Below, one piece after another: positions 57,734 through 64,000 of a DNA stretch of 64,000 nucleotides. The DNA is from a virus. How positions within the stretch are numbered: position 1 is the first letter of the stretch; each line of letters opens with the position of its first letter. The DNA lies in the IMG/VR virus record IMGVR_UViG_3300043409_001275, positions 6,129 to 70,128 of that record. One strand, 5' to 3'. The translations under genes and the position numbers were made by a program. Under the pieces are notes generated by a model, which was not told the origin of the DNA, made no database searches, and saw nothing but the letters and a program-made list of their open reading frames with translations.

Positions 57734-57742
57734 TTTAATTTT

Positions 57743-58402
57743 TTAAAATTTATATACTTTAGTTTCCTTTCTACATTTTACTTGCCAATCGTGGTTATTT
57801 AATTCTTGAAAGCCAAAAGTTAATTTGCTATCAATTTTCTTTATAACCAATCCTTCATACATATCAACTTTAACAATGTCTTGATATAATTTAGAAAACC
57901 CGTTCATATAGGTAGGTGCTTTATAAATATTGTTTAAATTAGTTAAACAAAGGTGTTCATAATATTCCAAGCCATCACGGGTTACCCTTCCCCTTTCCGA
58001 TGGATATGTTTCTTCGAGTAGGTTTAATCTTGTCATTAAGTCGTCCCCTATTAGATATTGGTCTGCCCATACAAGTATGTCCCATATAATAAACTTATCC
58101 TTTTCTTTAGTACCATTTTCCCCTAATTTGCCTTTGTTAAGATATTCTCCCGTATATACATACCATTGTTCGGAGTGTGCCAATCCCCTAAAATCTATAT
58201 CATTGCTGTACCAAGATAAAGGTTGTTTGTGTCGGTTATAAACATACAAGTCAGTCCCATTAGTAAATACAATACAACAAGTTCCATTGTACTTCGGTTG
58301 TACTACATATTCGCCATTGTCAAAAGTATGTAAGTCCTTCGGGGGTATCTTAAATTCTGGACGGGGTGGATATATGTAATTAAAATTTAAATAAGGTATC
58401 AT
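57743..58402 (-). CDS. Minimal ATP-dependent ligase / covalent nucleotidyltransferase (no OB domain)
   Basis: Motif I QPKYNG, III TGEY, IIIa FIIWDIL, IV EGLVIK, V WQVKCR. Confidence 0.8.
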   Translation of the reverse strand: MIPYLNFNYIYPPRPEFKIPPKDLHTFDNGEYVVQPKYNGTCCIVFTNGTDLYVYNRHKQPLSWYSNDIDFRGLAHSEQWYVYTGEYLNKGKLGENGTKEKDKFIIWDILVWADQYLIGDDLMTRLNLLEETYPSERGRVTRDGLEYYEHLCLTNLNNIYKAPTYMNGFSKLYQDIVKVDMYEGLVIKKIDSKLTFGFQELNNHDWQVKCRKETKVYKF

Positions 58403-58638
58403 ATAAAGTATTTATCAAAGATTTCATTAAAAATATTTTGTCTATTTGATGCTACACAATTTACTTCTTCAATAAATTCTTCCCATTGGTCGTCTGCTAT
58501 ACGAATGTCCCATCTATCTGCTAATGATTGCCACATTACCATAAAGTCTTCCATATCTAAATAAGGTAGGTGGTTATCCTTAAACATTACATACATAGTT
58601 TCCCTTAACATTTGGTGTTTACTTAATTTCTTATCCAT
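58399..58638 (-). CDS. Hypothetical protein
   Basis: ATGA overlap with the ligase gene. Confidence 0.55.
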   Translation of the reverse strand: MDKKLSKHQMLRETMYVMFKDNHLPYLDMEDFMVMWQSLADRWDIRIADDQWEEFIEEVNCVASNRQNIFNEIFDKYFI

Positions 58639-58766
58639 TGTATTATTCTTTTAAGTTCAAAAAATAGGTTCATAGTGCAAAGGAGTATAATTGCAATCGG
58701 CAATCCAATTACCAATAATTTAATCATTTCGTACATAAATATTGAGGTTGCTTTAATCATCTTCAT
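58623..58766 (-). CDS. Small membrane protein (start corrected)
   Basis: Hydrophobic LLVIGLPIAIILLC segment. Confidence 0.4.
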   Translation of the reverse strand: MKMIKATSIFMYEMIKLLVIGLPIAIILLCTMNLFFELKRIIQWIRN

Positions 58767-58905
58767 AAGTTTTAACATTAACAAATTCAATATGTACTTC
58801 GGGGCTATTGTAAGATATTCCCAAGCAATCGCATATATCTTTCCATATATGAGTTTTCTCAAAGTCTTCGGGGTATAATGTTAGTTTTTTTATTGTATCG
58901 TTCAT
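58753..58905 (-). CDS. Small acidic protein, 50 aa (MNDTIKKLTLYPEDFE...); not in the ORF track
   Basis: Fills the gap immediately after the stop at 58910. Confidence 0.55.
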   Translation of the reverse strand: MNDTIKKLTLYPEDFEKTHIWKDICDCLGISYNSPEVHIEFVNVKTYEDD

Positions 58906-58909
58906 ATAA

Positions 58910-59494
58910 TTATTTTTTAAGTGCTATAATAGGGTTAATTAATTCAAAAACCTGTTCGGGGTTATCATACTGCATTAAGCGGTCTATACTTCCCTTTGCC
59001 ACTGAAAAAGTCTTCTCGCCACTAATAAGGTTGCCTTTATCCATATCGTCAATGGCGGGGCTATTAAGTATAAGTTCACTTAATACTTGTCCGTATTTTT
59101 CTACTAATTCAGCATTAAATTTATACACTACATTTTCAGCCAATAACCCGCCAAAGTTTGCCAATATACCCGCCTTTGTTTCATCAACAATAGTGTACTT
59201 ATCCATTACAATAAGCATACAAGTATTACCCGTTTCGTCTTGAATTTTAAAATTATCGGGTGTGCTTTTTTGTTGTCGGTATTCCTTCATAAATAAGTCT
59301 TTACCTACTACCTTAATATCCCCTTCAATCATTTTTAATTCCCCCGTAGCGGAGTCTATTATTTGCTTGAGGTCTGCATATCGTTTTACTTTATCTGCCA
59401 ATAAAGGTGCTTTAATGACCTTTTTATCGGTCTTTTTAATTGTTTCTTTAACTTTTGTTGCGGTTGCAAATAAGTTGGTTGTTTGTGTGTTCAT
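58910..59494 (-). CDS. Hypothetical early protein with coiled coil
   Basis: 194-aa ORF downstream of a canonical promoter. Confidence 0.65.
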   Translation of the reverse strand: MNTQTTNLFATATKVKETIKKTDKKVIKAPLLADKVKRYADLKQIIDSATGELKMIEGDIKVVGKDLFMKEYRQQKSTPDNFKIQDETGNTCMLIVMDKYTIVDETKAGILANFGGLLAENVVYKFNAELVEKYGQVLSELILNSPAIDDMDKGNLISGEKTFSVAKGSIDRLMQYDNPEQVFELINPIIALKK

Positions 59495-59520
59495 TTGTTT
59501 TTTTAGTTTTTTAATTTAAT

Positions 59521-59551
59521 CAAAGGTATAATGTTATTTTGATTTAGCAAA
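59521..59551 (-). promoter_or_regulatory. Canonical Bacteroidota sigma-A promoter TTTG-N19-TACCTTTG
   Basis: CAAAGGTA at 59521-59528 and CAAA at 59548-59551 on the + strand. Confidence 0.75.
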
Positions 59552-59723
59552 ATAAATTAAATTAATTCTTCCAATTCGTTACAATGGTCTTCAATTACAT
59601 AATCATAGGCACATTCTTTTATTGCCTTTCTTTCTTTATCACTACTTGTGTAATACTCAATAAAGTTTTCAATAATGATTAACTTTAATTCTTCTGCTTT
59701 TGTTAGTTTTCTTTTCATAATTT

Positions 59724-59918
59724 TTAGTTTACAATTTTATATTTATCTTGAGTATTATCCGCAGAATACAAACCTATAATTGGTATTCTTTTGCATATCA
59801 GTATATCGTTTTCTTTCATAAAAAAGAATTGATATGGTAATTGATTGCGGAAAGTAACTTGACTATACCCTAATTTGGCAAAGTCTTGTTCGGTGTATCT
59901 TTTTCTTTTGTTAATCAT
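59724..59918 (-). CDS. Hypothetical protein
   Basis: ORF downstream of the promoter element at 59948. Confidence 0.5.
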   Translation of the reverse strand: MINKRKRYTEQDFAKLGYSQVTFRNQLPYQFFFMKENDILICKRIPIIGLYSADNTQDKYKIVN

Positions 59919-59947
59919 AATTTATTTTTTTTGATTTTTTAATACTA

Positions 59948-60006
59948 CAAAATTACAAGGTCATTTCTTAAGAAAGTGTTAAGGAAAACCTAAAGTTTTG
60001 TTAAAA
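59948..60006 (-). promoter_or_regulatory. Early promoter: TAATTTTG plus a conserved upstream box
   Basis: CAAAATTA at 59948; GAAAACCTAAAGTTTTGTTAAA at 59984. Confidence 0.5.
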
Positions 60007-60349
60007 TATTAGCTTTAGCAATGTCTTGATACAATTTCTCAAACCCATTAATAGGCTTTATATCTTCATTGGCATTATCATATATTAATTCGGCATCTTT
60101 ATCACAATAAAGTTCTAATGTAGGGTTGCCTTCGTTATCCCCTACTTCCATTTCAGTCAGGGTATCATATAGCATTATATTATCCCAAAATTCAATATCT
60201 TCCCTTTCTTTTGTTACCATATATTTTGCCTTTTCTTTGGCTTCTTCCAATGTTTCGGCTTCAACACTAAATTTTAGCCTATTCCATATCATTAATCTTT
60301 CTTCAATGTAAAATTCAAATTCTTTAGTTTCTGGATTTTGTTGTTTCAT
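59990..60349 (-). CDS. Hypothetical protein with VEAETLEEA (DpnD/PcfM-like) motif; start corrected
   Basis: FSVEAETLEEAKEKA. Confidence 0.55.
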   Translation of the reverse strand: MKQQNPETKEFEFYIEERLMIWNRLKFSVEAETLEEAKEKAKYMVTKEREDIEFWDNIMLYDTLTEMEVGDNEGNPTLELYCDKDAELIYDNANEDIKPINGFEKLYQDIAKANILTKL

Positions 60350-60350
60350 T

Positions 60351-60567
60351 TTATATTGGTTTAATTTCATTAATAAAACATAATTCAATAGCAATAATAC
60401 ATTTCTCACTAATTGCGTCTTCAAAATCAATTTCTGTATTAATTAGGTGTTCACTTTGGTCGTCATATATGACATACATTTCAAAGTCTTGAGATAGCCA
60501 TATACTTCGTGCTATATCGGTAACATCTGCCCATAAAAACCCGTCATTTGCTTGTAGTACTTTCATA
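60351..60567 (-). CDS. Hypothetical protein (likely start at MKVLQAND; start coordinate approximate)
   Basis: ORF in the early array. Confidence 0.45.
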
Positions 60568-60754
60568 AAATTTAATTTAATTTGTATAAATATTGTTTTC
60601 AATTATAAACTTTTGCCTTTTTTCATCATTTTCAAACCAATGGCAATCAAAACTATATCCTTCTTCATCTAATATTTCTAACCCAAATTGTAGGTTATCA
60701 TTATCGCCTTGATAATCTAATTCAGTCCATTTTATTTTTTCTGCTTTCATAAAA

Positions 60755-61009
60755 TTAATTTAATTGGTTTTCAGTTCTGCATAGTGCATAAAATTCTTCA
60801 TCTTGAACCACTGCATAAAAATCTTCCCCGTTTAAAGTAGTGCCATCCTTCCAAGTTAATCCAACGCAGTAACCCGTTTTACATACAATAAGATATTGCC
60901 CAATTCTATCCTTAATTACTTCATACATAGGATTGCCACAATAGACTTTTAGTCCTTTATCAATGGCTAATCTAATTTCAATGGCATTGTCAAGTTTTAA
61001 TTCTTTCAT
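60755..61009 (-). CDS. Hypothetical protein
   Basis: ORF in the early array. Confidence 0.6.
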   Translation of the reverse strand: MKELKLDNAIEIRLAIDKGLKVYCGNPMYEVIKDRIGQYLIVCKTGYCVGLTWKDGTTLNGEDFYAVVQDEEFYALCRTENQLN

Positions 61010-61032
61010 TTTATTTAGTTTAATTGTTAAGT

Positions 61033-61371
61033 TTATGCGTTTTGTGTTTTGTATTGTATATGGTCGTAAATATCAATAAGTTCATCTAATGGTATATCTT
61101 TTATAGTAAATTGCCTAACGAATTCTTCTTCTCTTTCAAAGCAATCAAATATCAGTAAATCACCAATTAACGACATTTTAGAAACTGCAAACCATACCAT
61201 TTGGTCATATTTATTAATGCTTCTTATTACGGGTAAATCGTAAATTTTGTCATTATAAAGGTCATTTTCATCTTCGGCTTCCTTATTAATTAGAACAAAG
61301 TCGCCAATACTTTTTAATTCATCAATTACCTGCGTTCTAATTTCATCTAATTGTTTATTAAAATCTTTCAT
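61033..61371 (-). CDS. Hypothetical protein
   Basis: ORF in the early array. Confidence 0.6.
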   Translation of the reverse strand: MKDFNKQLDEIRTQVIDELKSIGDFVLINKEAEDENDLYNDKIYDLPVIRSINKYDQMVWFAVSKMSLIGDLLIFDCFEREEEFVRQFTIKDIPLDELIDIYDHIQYKTQNA

Positions 61372-61377
61372 AGTTTT

Positions 61378-61578
61378 TTAGTTTAATATTTTTTGTAAAT
61401 TATAAGGTATGCAATCAAGATAAAAATCAAATTGATAGCCATAATAAGCTAATTCCTTGCCCATTTGGATAAGGTCGGCATATTGTACCCCTTTTTCAAT
61501 TTCAAGGTCGGCATACCTACTTAAAATAGCTTGTATATTTTTGGGTAATAATTCGGGGGTTTCAAATAAATCATTCAT
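61378..61578 (-). CDS. Hypothetical protein
   Basis: MNDLFETPELLP...GYQFDFYLD..PYNL. Confidence 0.6.
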   Translation of the reverse strand: MNDLFETPELLPKNIQAILSRYADLEIEKGVQYADLIQMGKELAYYGYQFDFYLDCIPYNLQKILN

Positions 61579-61583
61579 AAATT

Positions 61584-61739
61584 TTAGTTTTTAGTTAATT
61601 TAAGGCTGTTTTTTAGGTTTTTAATTGTATTGCATAGCTTATAAATTATTTGGGGTTCAATTTTTTTTTGTACTGATAAGTGGCACAATAAAGTATTTAA
61701 TCCCTTTATTTGTTCTTTTATTTTGTTAGTTGTTTTCAT
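61584..61739 (-). CDS. Small basic protein, 51 aa, paralog of 61756-61923; not in the ORF track
   Basis: MKTTNKIKEQIKGLNTLL...NTIKNLKNSLK. Confidence 0.55.
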   Translation of the reverse strand: MKTTNKIKEQIKGLNTLLCHLSVQKKIEPQIIYKLCNTIKNLKNSLKLTKN

Positions 61740-61755
61740 ATTTTTGTAGTTTTAA

Positions 61756-61923
61756 TTAATTAGATAGGTAGTTTTCCCAATTATATAGGTCTATTTCAAT
61801 TTTAAGCCTATTTTTTAGGGTTTTAATCTTGTTTTGAACTGCGTACACATTTTTTACTCTGCCTTCTTTAATTAGGGTATTTAATGCTTTTATTTGTGCT
61901 TTTAATTTGTTAATCGTTTGCAT
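61756..61923 (-). CDS. Small basic protein, 55 aa, paralog of 61584-61739; not in the ORF track
   Basis: MQTINKLKAQIKALNTLI...NKIKTLKNRLK. Confidence 0.6.
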   Translation of the reverse strand: MQTINKLKAQIKALNTLIKEGRVKNVYAVQNKIKTLKNRLKIEIDLYNWENYLSN

Positions 61924-61927
61924 AAAT

Positions 61928-62290
61928 TTATAGTTGATAATTATTAATAAAATTGTTTGCGTTTGTTCTATCTTCTTTGTCGTTTTCGTTATCCTTGATT
62001 ATATTGTTTAAAAAATCTTTGATATGTTGCCCTATTACATTATCACTTTTTATAGGGTTATCACATTTTTCGCATACATATAACCGACCTTCGTAATTTT
62101 CCCCGTCTTCAAATAATAAGCTAAATTTTACCTTATTATATCCTTCGCCAATTTCGGCAAAGTCTTCATAAATAGGTTTCAGTGCTTCATTCACTTCTGC
62201 ATAATTTGAATAGGTTTTAGGGAACTTATCGTATTTTTGATTGCCCCCTTCTGCCCAATGGATTGTAATTTCTTTTACATTGATTTTCAT
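61928..62290 (-). CDS. LPD25-like (large polyvalent protein-associated domain) stand-alone protein; start corrected
   Basis: IHWAEG...GYNKVKF....EDGENYEGR. Confidence 0.55.
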   Translation of the reverse strand: MKINVKEITIHWAEGGNQKYDKFPKTYSNYAEVNEALKPIYEDFAEIGEGYNKVKFSLLFEDGENYEGRLYVCEKCDNPIKSDNVIGQHIKDFLNNIIKDNENDKEDRTNANNFINNYQL

Positions 62291-62447
62291 AGTTTTTATA
62301 TTAAAGATTAAAAAATTTAACAAAATTAACATAGGATATAATTATAAAATAAGCTACAAAATTTTTATATTTTGCTTTGCGTTCTTTTACTAATCTTAAT
62401 GTTAAGCAATGTGATTTAAATTGGTAGGTGTCTTGAATTTTCATAAA

Positions 62448-62639
62448 TTAATAGTTTTGAAATGTTTGTAAATAATTAGCATTTATTTCGTGTTCATCTC
62501 GGTAGAAACTTGCAACATGGTCGCAATCTTCATCAATCCATTTATCTACTTCTATACTGCTATTAGTGTCCTTTATTTTATATGCCATTACAACATATAT
62601 ACTTTCATGCTCAATAGTCCATAGTGAATATTTTTTCAT
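62448..62639 (-). CDS. Hypothetical protein
   Basis: ORF downstream of the promoter element at 62658. Confidence 0.5.
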   Translation of the reverse strand: MKKYSLWTIEHESIYVVMAYKIKDTNSSIEVDKWIDEDCDHVASFYRDEHEINANYLQTFQNY

Positions 62640-62657
62640 TGTTTGTTATTTAGATTT

Positions 62658-62704
62658 CAAAATTAAGTTAATTATTTATAGGTTGTTGTTAAACAAAAGT
62701 TAAA
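62658..62704 (-). promoter_or_regulatory. Early promoter: TAATTTTG plus a conserved upstream box
   Basis: CAAAATTA at 62658-62665; CAAAAGTTAAA at 62694-62704. Confidence 0.6.
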
Positions 62705-62732
62705 AATAGGGGGATATTTCACCCCCTTATTT
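62704..62732 (-). terminator. Intrinsic terminator after ardC
   Basis: AATAGGGGG / CCCCCTTATT hairpin with a U-run on the - strand. Confidence 0.7.
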
Positions 62733-62734
62733 GT

Positions 62735-63652
62735 TTATTCTTCGTGTGTTTCTTCTTGCTTGTTAAGGATATATTTAGCTGATTTACTTGCTCTTTGTGA
62801 TGCCATTAAAAATAGCTTTTTATCCCCCTTAATAGCGTTTTTCCAATTCTTTAAATATGCTACTGAATTCCTTTCGGTGTTTTCGTTGCTTATCCCAATT
62901 TCAGCACATATAAAAGCACTCGTTAATTCTGCGGTCAATTCTTCCGTGCCATAATCACATGAACCAAAAAAACTTGTTTCTACTACTTCCTTACGATTAA
63001 GGCGGTTTTTGTGTCCCGTGCTGTGGCTGATTTCGTGGAAAAAAGTACTATAAAATGATTGCGAACTATTAAACTGATTTAGCAATGGCATTGTGATGCT
63101 GTCGGTTGATGGTTGATAATATGCCCTATCGCTTTCCTTAATATTGTAGCGTATTGCTTCCCGTGTTTGGTAGCTGTCGACAATATTTTGTGCAATATCA
63201 ATTTTTTCGTTTTCGTTGTACTCGGTTGCGGGTGTTGTAACTTCGTTACCTTTTATTATTACATTATCGCATTGTTCTAAATTGAACACATTATAATAGC
63301 GTAATAAAGGAACTTTTTTCGTTTCGTCTTGTTGGGTGGTGGTGTTTAATTTGGTGTACTCGTTGACCTTCCAAAATACTATCATTGTGGATTTTTCGCC
63401 CTTTCTAACATTCCCGCCTAATTGCTCTACTTGTTTATAAGTTAGCCAATATGGAGAAGTGTAATCGTGCATACTTAAAAGAAAAAAGTTAATACCTTCA
63501 TATCTTTTTTTAGATATGCCATTCATTGGAAAAGCATTTGTACCTTGTTTAGTTTTCCATTCTTTAACCCAATTAAGTTTACCCGTCTTTTCGATTTCAT
63601 CAAGGATTTTGTTTGTAACTACTTCGTACAAATCAAAGTTAGTGTTTTTCAT
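62735..63652 (-). CDS. ardC: ArdC-family antirestriction protein (ssDNA-binding N-domain plus zincin domain)
   Basis: YEGIN, WLTYKQ...GGNVRKGEKS, YNVFN, AYYQP..D.I.MP, HEISHSTGH, EELTAE. Confidence 0.9.
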   Translation of the reverse strand: MKNTNFDLYEVVTNKILDEIEKTGKLNWVKEWKTKQGTNAFPMNGISKKRYEGINFFLLSMHDYTSPYWLTYKQVEQLGGNVRKGEKSTMIVFWKVNEYTKLNTTTQQDETKKVPLLRYYNVFNLEQCDNVIIKGNEVTTPATEYNENEKIDIAQNIVDSYQTREAIRYNIKESDRAYYQPSTDSITMPLLNQFNSSQSFYSTFFHEISHSTGHKNRLNRKEVVETSFFGSCDYGTEELTAELTSAFICAEIGISNENTERNSVAYLKNWKNAIKGDKKLFLMASQRASKSAKYILNKQEETHEE

Positions 63653-63687
63653 AATTGTTATTTTGTTTTAGCAAATTAAATAATAAG

Positions 63688-63746
63688 CAAATATACTCCC
63701 CCTAATCCATACCACAATCAACACAAAAGTTAAAGGTTTGTTAAAG
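63688..63746 (-). promoter_or_regulatory. Early promoter for ardC: TATATTTG plus a conserved upstream box
   Basis: CAAATATA at 63688-63695; CAAAAGTTAAAGGTTTGTTAAAG at 63724. Confidence 0.6.
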
Positions 63747-64000
63747 TTTTAACATATCATTGTAGCAAGTTTCCCGCTCTATAATTGCGTGTAATATATC
63801 CCCCCTTCACGAATCCGCTAACACATACCAAACTCAATACCATATTACTTTGTATGCAGGTCGGGAACATATTAATTATACTACACCATAAACCGAATCC
63901 AAAAACCAAAACCGAACCCCCCGTACCTTTGATTGCTTGACTTCCCCTTTCGCTCGACCGCCCCCTGATTCTGGGCGTTACCCCCTCCCCTTCCAAGTGT

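Noticed and set aside
63757-63996. 79-aa - strand ORF at the window end
   Set aside because: Atypical composition, lies in a regulatory-looking region, no recognisable motif
1-64000. Stop-codon reassignment as in some crAss-like phages
   Set aside because: Genes are full-length and densely packed under the standard code; TAG and TGA both serve as stops; no suppressor tRNA seen

Overview
This window is a 64-kb, AT-rich segment of a tailed dsDNA phage with crAss-like (Crassvirales-related) virion genes. The host is probably Bacteroidota, judging from TAnnTTTG promoters and A-rich starts without Shine-Dalgarno sites. The standard genetic code gives intact ORFs. Order on the + strand: HTH regulator, replication initiator with iteron-like repeats, primase-helicase, SSB, two GroES-fold proteins, ring/muzzle tail proteins, putative ejected cargo proteins including a 3718-aa polyvalent protein, terminase, an 8-gene glycan synthesis and modification cassette, HNH nuclease, portal, ferritin, scaffold, major capsid protein, and Gly-X-X Ser/Thr-rich fibres. 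A three-domain glycosyltransferase with an Aah/TibC-type protein O-glycosyltransferase domain follows on the - strand. After it come the lysis cassette, a phosphoesterase, a GNAT, and a - strand early region with a minimal ligase, an LPD25-like protein, ArdC and many small ORFs. The best candidate for a new system is phage-encoded virion or fibre glycosylation. Other highlights are the modular, possibly self-processing giant protein with an LRR cassette, a gene overprinted inside it, a ferritin in the head operon, and a gene frameshifted at a homopolymer. All family calls come from motif recognition by eye; no searches were run.
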